A stretch of DNA of 64,000 nucleotides from Hydrolagus colliei (lineage: Eukaryota): the NCBI GenBank assembly GCA_035084275.1, contig CM068748.1:7564001-7628000 (forward strand). The letters are read 5' to 3'. This document shows positions 14,120-27,105 of the stretch, piece after piece; position 1 is the first letter of the stretch, and every line of letters begins with the position of its first letter. The position numbers and the translations under genes are program-made. The notes beneath the pieces were generated by a model. It was not told the origin of the DNA, searched no databases, and worked only from the letters and a program-made list of their open reading frames with translations.

Positions 14120-14545
14120 TTATCATCACCCTACCTCTGTCTTCTCCAGCGCTCCCACCCACTCCCTGCATTTCTAACTCAGACCCGCTTCATGATACCC
14201 CACCTTCCATCCCTTACCCACACCCTCCACCTCACCAGCAACAAAGTGGCTTTTCAGTAGATTTTCTAAATCTGACATTTTACTCCCTTCCTCTTCGCTT
14301 TCAAAATGCGCTTAAAAACCTATCTCTTTGATTATGAGTCTAGCTACCAACCTCCTACCCTCCCCACCTCCCCCCACCAAATCACACACACCACACCACG
14401 CACTGTGAAGTGCATTGAAACATCTGTACACTCCATTTTTCACATTGCACCAGACTCCCCCAGCACCCTTGAATGCTCTATTAGTTTCCTACACCTGCCA
14501 GCGCTCCGGGATGCTGTCCTATTAGTGCTATATCAGTGCAAATTG
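14120..14545 (+). mobile_element. degraded L2 LINE 3' region
   Basis: TTCAAAATGCGCTTAAAAACCTATCTCTTTG (FK..LKTYLF) and tail GTGCTATATCAGTGCAAATTGTT. Confidence 0.6.
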
Positions 14546-16421
14546 TTTTTGTTACGCAATGGTGAAGCACTTGAGAACTTCAGAGGTGACGAGTGCAGCT
14601 GCCCAGACATGTAAGGCCTTGAAAAAGCTTTGTAGGAACTGAGGGACAATGCAAGAGATAACATGCAAAGCACAGAATATCAAACTGCAACATTAGAAGA
14701 ATCCAACATATGGTTCATTTTTGTGAAATTATTTTGCACATTTAAACAGACCATTGTTTGTCCTATGTGTTTAATTGTTTTCTTTGTGAATTTGTTTTGT
14801 TATTTCACCCGGATAATATCTGTTTTCTTGGTACAAATAAATGACGAGAATCAGGTATGTCTCAGTATTACCTTTCCTGACAACTGTGAGTTGATATTGC
14901 ACAGTTAAGAACCACTTCTATATCAGCCTTTCAAATTCTGCAGTCCCCAATAACCCCCAAGGTTAATTTAGGGAGTTGTTTACCAACATAAACAGCCCCA
15001 CACAGTTTTTGATTCTTTGATAATCATCTTTTGCACCAATGATTTGTTTAGTACAGTAGTATTTATGTGTTACTGGAATAGTGCAGTCCTGACCCCTAAC
15101 TGTTCAGTGCCTTGGGATGTCCTCCCAATGTGAAAAGCGCTCTAGAAATGTAATTTTGTTGTTGTTGTGGTGCTTTCACGTTCCTCAAAGTCAAATCAAA
15201 CGGACAGGCCAGGACTTGATGCCAGTAATGTCTTGATGGATTATACAAAGAAAGATAGATACCAGAATTTGGTATGTATTTCAATTAAATATTACTTTTT
15301 TCCCCCCAAGTTCTGTCACTTTCTAAATATTTAATTGACAGTATAGGCATGCCATTTCAATCTTTAGCACTGCTAGATAGGCACTAAAACTGATTTCAAT
15401 TTCTCTGTACTTTTCCAGTTTTCATAGGTTGTGGTGCAGCTGACTTAGCACACACTGACTGCAGGCTATCCTCATTTTCTAGCAATTGGAGAGTTGAATC
15501 ATATATCTCGAGGTCAGTGCAAACGTGGATAGTCTCTTTGCCTTCCTGACATGCTCAACTTCTGCCTGCTTTTTCCTTGATAGTACATTGTTTATCTTAA
15601 GAATCTGAGCTGCACCATAACCTATTAAAGCTGGAAAATAAGCGTGATAGCAGTGTAATAGATAGGCAACTATGCCAGAGATGTTTAGAATTAGTGACCC
15701 AACATTAATATCAAATGCGATAGCAATCTGATAGCAATCTGAATGACAAAGCCTGGAGAAATTGCAAATGTAGCAGGGTTCAAATGCTTCATTCGAATCC
15801 AATGCAGCAAATGTAATTCCTTCCTCAATGGATGTGCTTTTTTATTCATTGAAATCGTTTTGTAGCAAACTGAAAACAAGCAAGTCAAAGTAGGCTTCAG
15901 TAAGGGTAATATGCTCCATCCAAATTCCTTGAGCTGATCGCTGAAGAAGTTTGGGTGACCATTTTAAAACTGAAGAGCGTGGCAGAGTATCCTGTAAACT
16001 TGGAAGGCAAATATAATAATGTGTTCAAAATTGTGCTGTGAAAGAATGTGTTGTCTTAAGGAATGTCTGTATCCATTTAAAGATGAAACAGTATTTCCAA
16101 ATTGGCACGTTAATTCATCACTGGGTTTGTATCCCAAACTTCCTTTCAGCAAATCGTATTTGTTTTGACAGTTCCAAGGCATACAGGATATGGTTTGTTT
16201 TATTGCTAACATACATACAGACTTTTAAATATCTTGTCATTGTAAAGTCTCCAGAGCAATTTTGTAGATTCACACAAATTTCTGAAACAATGCAAAAACT
16301 AACAATGCAATGTGTGTATATGTGTGTGTGTGTGTAGTGGAGGGGGGTGTAGCAGAGGGGGTTGCTTGTAAAGGATGTTGGGTGTTTGTGGCAGAGGGGC
16401 TGTTTTTAGTGGAGGGGTGAA

Positions 16422-16717
16422 CAGGACCGGCGCTACTTTTAGGCGAAGTAGGCAGTTGTCTAGGGGCCAAACGTTTGGGGGCCCAGCCCTGGTTACAGAG
16501 CATGTACGGTTTGCTGCGCACAATGAAAATGACTGCTGTCGTCTGCTGGCGTATCGTGGTGGAGGTGTGGGAGTTAGCAGTAAGTTGAACAAGCAGTACA
16601 CACATAAACACACACAGTTTTAAGCGCACTACATACACACACGCAGGATGGTGTGATTTCAAACGGCGCACATCTGAAGTCTCGCCTCGGGTGCCAAATA
16701 GCCTTGCGGCATTCCTG
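16422..16717. mobile_element. non-autonomous hAT MITE (CAGG...CCTG termini)
   Basis: Ends CAGGACCGGCGCT / GCGGCATTCCTG, subterminal TAGGCGA/TCGCCT motifs, perfect 8-bp TSD GGGGTGAA (16414-16421, 16718-16725). Confidence 0.85.
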
Positions 16718-16825
16718 GGGGTGAAGCAAGTCTGTTTGTAGTGAATGGGGGGTTTGGTAGTTGTGAGTTTATTTGCAGCTGAGGTTTTTTTTTGCAGCGG
16801 AGGGAGAGTTGGGTTAGATTCCAGG

Positions 16826-17022
16826 GATGGTGAAACCTTGGGCAAGGCAACAAAAAAATTGGTTATTTCAATCCATGACTATTTGTGGGACACTGCTGTG
16901 TGCAATTAGTTGCCGCTTTTCGCCTACAAAAATACAGTCGATTCACTTTACAGTATATTCTTTGAAGCACTTTGAGTCATCTAGAATACATGAAAGTGCT
17001 GCATTAAATGCAATTATTATTG
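16826..17022 (+). mobile_element. Deu-core SINE
   Basis: GAAACCTTGGGCAAG head remnant, core and tail. Confidence 0.8.
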
Positions 17023-17967
17023 TTATAATGCAACCAGTCCACAATCTGAGGAACCAGTGTAGAAAATACTCATTTGTATTCCTCTATTGTCACAGTCTCT
17101 GCAACTAAATTACAAAGGCAGACTATTTAAATATCTTGTACATTATGAATAACTCATTAAAATATGAATTACAATGCTGAGTGCCTGCAATTTTATATTA
17201 AAACCTCCAGTGGTACACATTGTCTTCATACAAAAATGACAAGTCAAACAATTAAGCACTTAACTCCTAAATGTGTAAGTATAATCGATTTTTTGGGGTT
17301 GGATTATGTGCTCATCTTGAAGGCATGATTAGGCGCTATATCAAATGCAAGGACTATTATTATTGTCTGTGTGTGTGTGTGTACATATATATATATAAAT
17401 ATATATGTAAAATCCCAATCTGCTTTGCCCATCACAGCTCAGTCGCTTCATCTCAGGTATTGACATAATGAACCGTCACAAGAGACACCCTCTGATTTAA
17501 AAACGGGATGACCAAAACTGAACACAACCGAGGTTTGACCAACTCTCTATAATTCGAGCATGTTGGCATCTTCTTTGATACTCCAGATTGCCTCTTGTTT
17601 TGTTTGTGGGATAGAAAATCACACTCTCACTGCCATCTTTCTCTTGTTACGTTTCATCCACAAAATGTACAGTCGGTTCACTTCACGGTATATCCTGTGA
17701 AGCGCTTTTGAGATGCTCTCAAAGACATGATGAGGTGCAGTATCAAATGCAAGGGTTATTATTACTGACCCACATACCAGTGGCACGGATTTGTTAGTGT
17801 TTATCCTGTCGTAACACTTTGGAATCGTGGTGACCTGTATTATGACCACAAGATTACATAATAATATATATTATATAAATATATTAATTGGATTAGTTAG
17901 AATGAAGAAGGGTTTCCTTCCAGAATGCCCTCACTTCTGTTTGCTCTCCATCCTAAAACAATAATAA

Positions 17968-18128
17968 ATCAGTCATTTCATTACATGACAGTTTGTGGGA
18001 CACGGCTGCCACATTTCACCCACAAAATACAGTCAATTCACTTTTCTGCATATTTTGTGAAGCACTTTGAGACATCTAGAAGATATGGAAAGCCCTATAT
18101 CAACTGCAAGTATTATTATTATTATTAT
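17968..18128 (+). mobile_element. Deu-core SINE, truncated (another 3' piece at about 17650-17765)
   Basis: Core and (TTA)n tail. Confidence 0.75.
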
Positions 18129-19127
18129 GTTTATTACAATATAACTTTGAATTAGAAATCACTGTTGCTATTATTACCGTGTAATGCCTATCATACCAGA
18201 ATCCACCAACGTAAATGTAAGTGTATAATATTAGTTATTTAATTATTAAATATCTTATTTAGGGATCACTTTCAGAATAATGTTACAATTGCTATCATTT
18301 TAAACATGTTCTCTATGATTTTTCTATTCTGTCTTTTCAAATTTTTCACCTTCATCTTGATTAGAATTTTAAAATCATATTGAATGTAATTAGGTTGATA
18401 AACACACTCCACTAAACATCTGTGGTAAGAAAATAAGGTTAACCTACATTTCTCTTGGCCACCAATTTATAATATATAAATCTACCATTTGATGTTTTCT
18501 TTGCAATATTTGAGTAACTTCTAATAAAAAATGTGGAGTGAATAATCCTTTGGGAGAAATTCCTCAAAATGATACCATGAGATACAATATATATAATATA
18601 ATAACCATGAGGTATGCAGCTATTGCATTGTGTAGTTACATGAAAGATTGCTTCTCCGCATGGCACCTCTTCAAGATTGTCTGATCTGTATTGCTTGTAA
18701 TACAATCCATCACATCCACATCTTGCAGTAAAAATAAATTACATTTTATATATTCACTTCAAATTTGTAATGTATCTTGTGGTGTACATCTACAAATAAC
18801 CCTGGGTTCAAATATCTATTTGGTTAAAAAAAATTGAAGATAACTGATCAGAATGTAATCAAAATAGTATCTGGTTTTGAAAGAAAATGTAACAAGCTAA
18901 TAGCCATTCTAATTTCTTCTAATTGTGTACATTACCTTACCCTACCCATTTAAGGTATGCTTACATTCCGCTTCCAACTTCATTCAACAGATTTGGAGTG
19001 TTGCTATTGAAGGGTAAGCAATACACATCTCCAAAAACATGTTAGAGAAGAACTTTAACAGGTACAGCAGTTTATTGTAAGGTCACCTGGGCTAAATTTA
19101 TTTGCTAAAATGTATCTGTCTCATCGT

Positions 19128-19208
19128 AGCGCTTTGGGATATCCTCCCGACGTGAAAGGCGCTCTATAAATGTAATTTTGTTGTTATTGTTGTTGTTGTT
19201 GTTGTTGT
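19128..19208 (+). mobile_element. short L2 3' tail with (GTT)n microsatellite
   Basis: GCGCTTTGGGATATCCTCCCGACGTGAAAGGCGCTCTATAAATGTAATTT(TGT)n; similar tails at about 15105, 39705, 50882 and 54248. Confidence 0.75.
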
Positions 19209-21999
19209 AGATTAGCAATGTAACAGCAAAAAAAAAATGTCTGGTTGTTTTCCTCCTTTACAACTTGTTGGAACAAATTATATTCAAATGTGTTTGTTTT
19301 TACACAACCGGAACTATTTGCGAGTGCTTTACAGAAATTGTTCTTGAATTGGTAGAAATTTACATAGAAAATGACAAAGCTAGAATAAGTAGAAACACGT
19401 TTTGATTTTGATGTGGGAATGATTATATAATATGATGCTGTTTAATCCCCTGATTTATTTTATTTTGTGTGGCTCATTGCTCTATTCACATTGCAGAAGT
19501 TACATGCTAATAGTTTATGGCCATAACAGTTTTCTCTTTGTTCATTAAAATATGTATATGTAATGCATCAATCTGAATTTAAAATGTAAAGCTCCAAATT
19601 CACATATTATTGTTTAATATCATGACAAAGTATATGAGAAGAAATATTATAATCCATCGATTCAAAATTCTAATATGTGCTTTTCAAGTAGCATAATAGA
19701 ACAAAATGTTTCCAGTATTGCATTGTCCAAATTAAAGATGAAATCTGACTTTGTATTTAGCACTGGGGTACTACATGTACTCTTAAGCAGTTTTTCTTTA
19801 TGTCTCACTTGGATTTCTCAGACTATTTTCCAGGCCTAAAACAGAACATTTGTGGGTGTAACAAGAAATATTGTTAAATATTTATTCAACTAACTGTGTT
19901 ATATTTTTGCTTCAGTACCTTCGATACCTTCGATACTTTTAACACTTCAGTTGTTACCTCTGGACAGCAATGAGGAATAATGTGGGAGAACATAATATCT
20001 CACTAGGATGGTGTGTGAGAAATAGCTTTTCACCTGCTTCTACAGGCGTCTAAAAAGGTTAATTTGGTAATGAATGCTGTCTGATCGAAAGAAATGTCAG
20101 AAAAACAATAGTGATTCAAATGTCCTTGTTAGTGCAAAAATAATTGTTTTAAAATCACAGCAAGTGGCTGGTAGTGACAAAAGCCCCAACTCCAGAATAG
20201 TTCTTATACTGGGTGTATTAGCTCAATGGGCTGAATGGCCTCCTATGTTGCAATGTTATGGCTCTATATTTGGAAATCAACTCATATAAATGGTATAATA
20301 TTGTTGCTATCTTACCCTGAGACATAAGTAACTGAAAGAAATCCTGCATAAAATCCTTGTCGATTAATTATCCCATATTTCCAGGGATTATCGCTTGCAA
20401 CTGCAAATTGTAAAGAAACAAGGTCACACAATTCTAACTTCTAACTAGGGAAGGCATCATGGGAAACAATATTGTACACATTGGTATTTTTGAGATCACA
20501 TGGAAAAACCACAACAATAACTTGCAATCATAAATAATAACAACCCTGACTGACCATAGGTCACCATTGCCTGTGCTGCTGTGAAAGCCACATAGAAGTA
20601 GACTTCTTCACTAAACAGTAATCCTTCATCTTTGGACTAGGCAGTAATATGTTGACGTGCATTTAAGAGGTAACTGATGCACTAATCCAGAAAGATAACA
20701 GTCTTGCCTACATTCACAGATATCCGGATACAATATATAATTATACATCCCTACCATTGTTAGGTTCCTCACGGTGCTGAATGCTGTTGATTACAGTGAA
20801 TTGATAAGATCTTTCTTCTATATATTCTATGTAATCTTCTGATATAAGGCTAACATACTGACATGTACGAAGGCTGCGTAGATCTCAAATATATTGATTA
20901 GAGAATGATTGATGAACAGAACAGTAGCCATTTGTCAAAGAAGATCTCCGATTCAGTAAAGTGTCCCCTCTATGTTTTTGTGCCATTACTTTACAATCTT
21001 CTGATCAGTGCATCTGGAGCACCAGCTGCTCAATGTTTTCTGAGGGGTTAAGAGACTCATTTCCTGCTCAGTAAGGTACTCAGTCAGGCCCAAGCTCTGA
21101 TTGGATGGCTGAATGCCCCTCTCACTATGACACTCATTATTGCTGAAGCGCCATGCTCCTGTGGGTGTCAACAAACGTGTTAATCTGTGAATAATTGTGT
21201 ACTGTACCTAACCTTAAAAACCCAGCTTGAACCCAACCCATGTTGTCTAAAAATACTACTTTAATAAAACACAGGATAGAAACTACTACAGCATACATAG
21301 GCTGAAACAAAATTTATACAGGACAAATGAAATGGAAAACAAGAACATAATGACAAAAAGCAATTTATACCCTTGGTGAGCACTCAATGTTGTTCATTAT
21401 TACCTTAAAATAAATTAATTATAACCGTTAAAATAGAAATCTAACATTCTTGCTCATATTATTCCTTCCTTGAGCATATGATTTTTCTTGTCATTTCTTG
21501 CGTTATATACAAATATTTGTGTATTTTTCAGTTTCTCTCTCCCTTTAATTTATTTTGTGTTGCATATGCATTTTAAACTGTGTCTCATGTGCATTGTAAA
21601 ATCAAGTTTCAGTTTGGGTACAGACTTCAAACCAATAATCTTCTGATTTAAAATTGAACTCATAATTCAGCCCGACACTGCAGTGAGGCACTGAATTGTT
21701 GGATCCTTCGATAAGAGGTACTGTTCTATTAATTTAAATGGAGAATTAAAATCCTATGGCATTATTTTGAGATAGCGGGAGACAGAGAAAGATGTTAGTG
21801 TTCTTGTCACTGCTTTGGTGTGCTAACAGTTACAAATATCTGACTTTGGATTTTATATCATTTCACGCACCACTCTAGGGGATTTAGGCATTAAATCATT
21901 GATTTAGCCTTAAGGCTACTAATTTACGATTTAAGATGAGACAGTTCTCTGAAATGCTACCTGTTTCAAATGTTGACATTTTTGAAACTCTGCAACTCG

Positions 22000-22490
22000 T
22001 ATCCTCTCCTTCACCAGGCTCCATAACCAATCACACCAGGTTTCGTGACCATATTACATCCACCCTGACCCAGCTCCACTGGCTCCCTCCCCATCCCTCA
22101 GAGGATTGAGTTCAAAATTCTCGTCCTCACCTTCAAGGTCCTCCATGGCCTTGCTCCTACCTAACCTTTCCCGACCTGCTAACAACTTATTAACCTGTTC
22201 CCTTCCCCCGCTCAGCAGGCTCTGGCCTGCTCCATGTCCCCCCTTCAGCTTGCCGCACGATTGGGTCCTCAGCCTCTATGCCTCCACCCTTTGGAACTCC
22301 ATCCCACATTCCCTTTGCCTTGTTCGCTCCCTTGCCTATCTCAAAGCACACCTCAAAATGCTCCTTTTTGGCCACCCTCCTACACTCTCTGCCCTCCACC
22401 CTCCCTGATCCCACTGCCCTCTTCCACTCGGGTCCTAATCCCTGACCATTAAATGCCATGGGACGTGTAAGGCACTTTACAAACATAATT
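22000..22490 (+). mobile_element. L2 LINE ORF2 C-terminal fragment
   Basis: Encodes DHITSTLTQLHWLP..QRIEFKILVLTFK.LHGLAP..WNSIP..LKAHLK with frameshifts. Confidence 0.85.
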
Positions 22491-24026
22491 GTGAATTGTA
22501 TTGTTGCTGACAAAGTGATAGAACAGTTTATTATAGTTGCTAAGGCCTTATTAAAATGCGTCAAACAAGGCAAAGTCAAAATTTTGAGTTGGTCTCCAGT
22601 GTGCTGTAGTGCATTAGCTTTTGAGTGATGCAGCAGATTTGGCCACAGACAAGGGGGAGAGATTTATGAAGTGCTTTTGGCATCCATTATACGAGTTCAG
22701 TTCTGCACTCTCTTCAGGAGGGAGCATGAGTATATTTTGAGATGTTTGGGGCTACTATTCTAGTGTAGAAGATACACTGAAATAGATAGTTATTTTGAGA
22801 AAAAGTAGGAGCAAATGTAAGCTTACAAATATCATGACAACTGCAGAGCACAAGCACCAGGGAAGGCTAATGTGAATGTAGTTGGTTGAACACCTCTGCC
22901 AGTAATGTAGTGAATAAATGCTGATTTATTCTAATTAAGATCTTATGTACAATGAAGTGAAAGGCTTTTATTTGTTCAGTATATAAGGAAATGCACAGAT
23001 GTACTTTGAGTTTGGTTAATATTGTTTTTCTTAAATGGAAGATGTTCATGCAAAAGTAGGTGTCATATGATGGTACTTGTGGTTTTACAGGTTTGTTTGT
23101 CATGTCTAAGTTTTCAGTGTACACTGTTGTGCGAATGAAATGCTCATCTGTGGAACAAGTGGCACCTTTGGATGATCCATGATCCAAACGAAGAACTGCA
23201 GTAGGTACAGAAGAGCCACTATTTGCATCACAGACAAACAACCCCAATAGTTTCCGATATTGTAGTCATGGACTGTGTTCTTCTTGTGCTAACATCTAAT
23301 GTCTTTACTCATTGTGGCTTCCTGGCTCCTTACCTCCCTCCCACCCACCTTATTGTGCCTCACTTTCCCATCACCCTTACTCTTGTCCTTATATTTACTC
23401 CCACTCCTCTCAGTGCCATGTTTCCCTGCTGCATTTGCTATTTCTCTCTCTCTCTGCATCTTCTTCTTATTTGCTTTCCACTCCGACTTTGTGGGAGAAT
23501 TTTACCATAGATTTTACCACTGCTGATTTTATGAGGAATTTCATCAAACTTCTATCAGTTACAGTGGTATGTAAAATGTGATTCCAAATACAAATGTCAG
23601 TTAAGTCTACTTGAATATTTCCAGAGGGTTAGGTTCATAAATATCCACTGGGTATCCTTTTAAGTTTCCATAGGATTTTAAAGAGAAGAATCCAAATCAG
23701 ATGTGACATTGCTAAATTATTAATGTGGACTGTCAAAACAACAAAACCAGCCCACATCAACACTGTTTCATGAAGACCTGAAATAATGTAAAAGCAGACA
23801 ATGCCTAGAAACCTTCAGAAACAAATGGGGATGGTTATCCCCCATGGTAAAATGTGTGCATGATTTGTCACAGGAGGCACATGGGAATTTCAGCAATGCT
23901 TACATTTGGTTTGTTTGCAATCGCAATTTTCCAGCAAAGGATTCATTAGCTAACAAGGGTTACCAAGGGTAGTCATAGTGATACAGTAATATGAGGAATC
24001 CTTGCACAAACCACAATAATAAAAAA

Positions 24027-24193
24027 AATTGATCATTTCAATTCACGACTGTTTGTGGGACACTGCTGTGTGCAATTGGCTGCCGTGTTTCGCCCACAAA
24101 TATACAGTCAATCCACTTTACAGTATATTCTGTGAAGCGCTTTCAGACGTTGATAAGATGTGAAAAGCGCTATATCAAATACAAGGATTATTA
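24027..24193 (+). mobile_element. Deu-core SINE
   Basis: Close to consensus core and tail. Confidence 0.85.
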
Positions 24194-26809
24194 CATATTA
24201 TATATATTATTATATTATATATTTGATAACTTTCTCTGAGACTACTGAAAATGCCAACAGTAAAACCTGAAAAAACCCAAAAGGTCAGAGAGAGAAAAAC
24301 TGAGAGAATTGCGTGTAGAAATTCCACCTAGGCCTTGATGTAGTCTATTACATCAAAAATTCAGAACATGCACAATTTATCTAATTCTTCACTACTTTAA
24401 TATGGTCTTTAATTTTGAAATTAGTTTTCTGTAAGATCTTTAGAGAGCTGTAGAAAATGGGCTTCAAAGTTAAAATGGAATTCAAGAATTTGCCAAATGA
24501 AGCACACTCTGAAATATCAATATCGAAAAACTAGACCCAGGTGGAATTCTACCCAGTAGGTTGGGAGAAAGACTGAAATAAATCAAGATATAATTTATTT
24601 TCTCCTTATTTGTTTGTTGTTATTTTATAAAGGGCAGCCACAGTGGCAGCAGGGAGGACGAGGACTAGGAGGTGCAGGTGGAAGTGGAAGTGACAGGCTT
24701 CCATTGTATATCCTTGCGACAGTACATTTGCAATCCTTCAGTGTGATATCAACCCAATGATAAACATGGATGTTCACGCTCTTGTCCATCCCTGGCAGCC
24801 AAGACAGGACCCATTTAAATTACTTTGTAATGTTTTCTGAGCGTGGGATAGTCTGAAAAATACTTTCAGCGATTGCACATAAAACTCAAGCGAAACTCTA
24901 AAATAGTTAAAGAAAAGTAGGAACATTTAAAAATAAGAAGCAGAACTTAGTTTTTTACCTAACGTTTTGTGGACCATCAGATCTTGCTGCAGAATGATAG
25001 TTTTCGCAACACAGAATTACAAATGTATTTATCAAAGTCAGCAAAAGTGTTGATGCAAGCAAAATCATGTGTTACTTTCATCAACAGTTGTATGATTAGA
25101 GCATGACGTTTCCTTCACTGTATGATGTATCTTCTCGGAATGCAGAGGAGTAGCAGTTCACACGAATAACATTTGTTCCTCCAATGATTCAGAAGGTTTA
25201 TTCAGTGAGAAACTATGTCAGGGAGCCACAAAGAGTTCCAGAGATCTTGGAGTCATGCTGAATTAATAGCTGGTGATGGCTATTAAAGAGAATCATAACA
25301 GATGTTTTGAAGATAAGAGGCATGGAAGAGAACATTTTGTTGATTTTTTTAAATTCAAAACTGGCTGAAGAAAAGAAACTCAGCCAGGGTTTCCACTCCC
25401 AGATCCTATTTAGTGATATATCTTGTAGGGAAGAAAATCATGATGAACTGCTTCTCTATGTGTATCATATTACCATGCGGTCCTAATTTATTTATTTTTT
25501 GCTTCTTTTCCCCTCGCTCCACCAGCCATTTTATTCAATGACTATGGTTCCAATTGTTCCCATTCTGATGATGGTCCACATCTGAAATACAGTATTAATA
25601 TCTTTCTATTTCAGGTGTTTAATAGTCCATTTTGCATTTGCAGCAATTTCTGTGTTTTTTATTTCAAATTTCAAGCATTTGCACTTTTTATTGCTATAAA
25701 CAACCAATTTAACCAATCATTACATTGTTCTCTATTTTCAGTTCCATTTCAAATCACATCTAACCTGATATGAGTCTTCTTATCTGACAGCAGTAACCTC
25801 ATCCCAGTAGGTTAGACAATTTAACATGACTGCAAATTGATTAATCCAGTTGTGATCTGCCACTTTTAAATTAAAAATAGATAAACTCTCTGTCAGAACT
25901 TTAAACGCTTCAGTAAATCAAATTAAACTCTGCTTCAAAGGGACCGATTCCATAAGTGTAATTATAAGCACAAAATGCAAATATGTTAATAAGGGTATTT
26001 AGCAGGAGGGTAAATAATTAAAATGTTGCTGTACCACTCTAATTGTGAAAGAATTCTGCTCTGTACCTATCCAAATGTATGAGATCAAATTGATATTTAT
26101 CATATATCCAATCACACACTAATCATGTGCGTATGATATCAGTATTTTGGTAAATACCGAAAAATTTCTTTGCACAATTTTAACAGAAAGTTAGTCAGTG
26201 CATTGTTTAACTATCCGTGAATCAATTACTTCCCAGAGGGTGCTATTTTGCAGCTGTGAAATCCCAGTATAATAATCATACTGCATGACAAACCATTTTA
26301 TGACTCAACAACACTGAAGAATGTCAATAATCTAAAATGCTTCTCTGCTTGATAGAGACTACAGCTGCACTGTATGTGTTAGGTACTTGTTTAAGAAACA
26401 GATACAAAGGTGTGATCGAGTTACCAGATGCAAGCACAAACCAGTCAAATGCAATATAAACATACAGTATTTGGGGAATATAACAATTTAATAATCATAA
26501 GAATTATTGCATTTCATATAGCATCTTATCACATCATGAGATGTCTCAAAGCACTTCACAAAATATACTGTAGAGTGAAGTGACTGTATATTTTGCAGCA
26601 ATTTAGGATTTATTGAGTGTTTCTATTGCCAATTGCCAATTTTCACACTTCACTATTTTCTTTTGAATCTTTACTGAGTGCCATAATGGAGGAGACAGGA
26701 GAATTTCTCTGGGTAAATTTGTTCCAGTTTCGCCAGGTGGTGCAGAACAACTGCAATCATTCTTCCATGTGCTGCCAGGTGCTGTTTATCTTCTCATCAT
26801 AGCTGAAGT

Positions 26810-27105
26810 GGAGACCAACAGCTCAATGGGTAGAGCACTCGCCTTACAAGCAGGAAACCTGGGTTCAATTCCACGCAGGGTGAAACCTTAGGCGAAACCA
26901 CACGCCTAATAATAAACCCTCCCAAAAAAAATTAGATTGGTCATTTCAATCAACAACTATTTGTTGTGATTGCTGTGCGCAATTGTTGCCACGTTTTGCT
27001 CACATATATACAGTGAATTCGCTATACAGTACATTATGTGAAGCGCTTTGAGATGTCTGAAAGACGTGAAAAGCACCATATCAAATGCAGGGATTAATAT
27101 TATTA
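26810..27105 (+). mobile_element. full-length tRNA-head Deu-core SINE
   Basis: AGCTCAATGGGTAGAGCACTCGCCTTACAAGC..GGTTCAATTCC head, core and tail. Confidence 0.85.

Noticed and set aside
18439-18740. Possible HTR7 exon 3 or RPP30-like piece (DVDVMDCIT)
   Set aside because: Only a few matching residues, a weak AAG acceptor and no similarity to the 5-HT7(a) tail.
26810-26880. tRNA-like A/B boxes (also about 3341, 40545, 54060, 54192, 59856, 63682)
   Set aside because: SINE heads with no complete cloverleaf; not tRNA genes.
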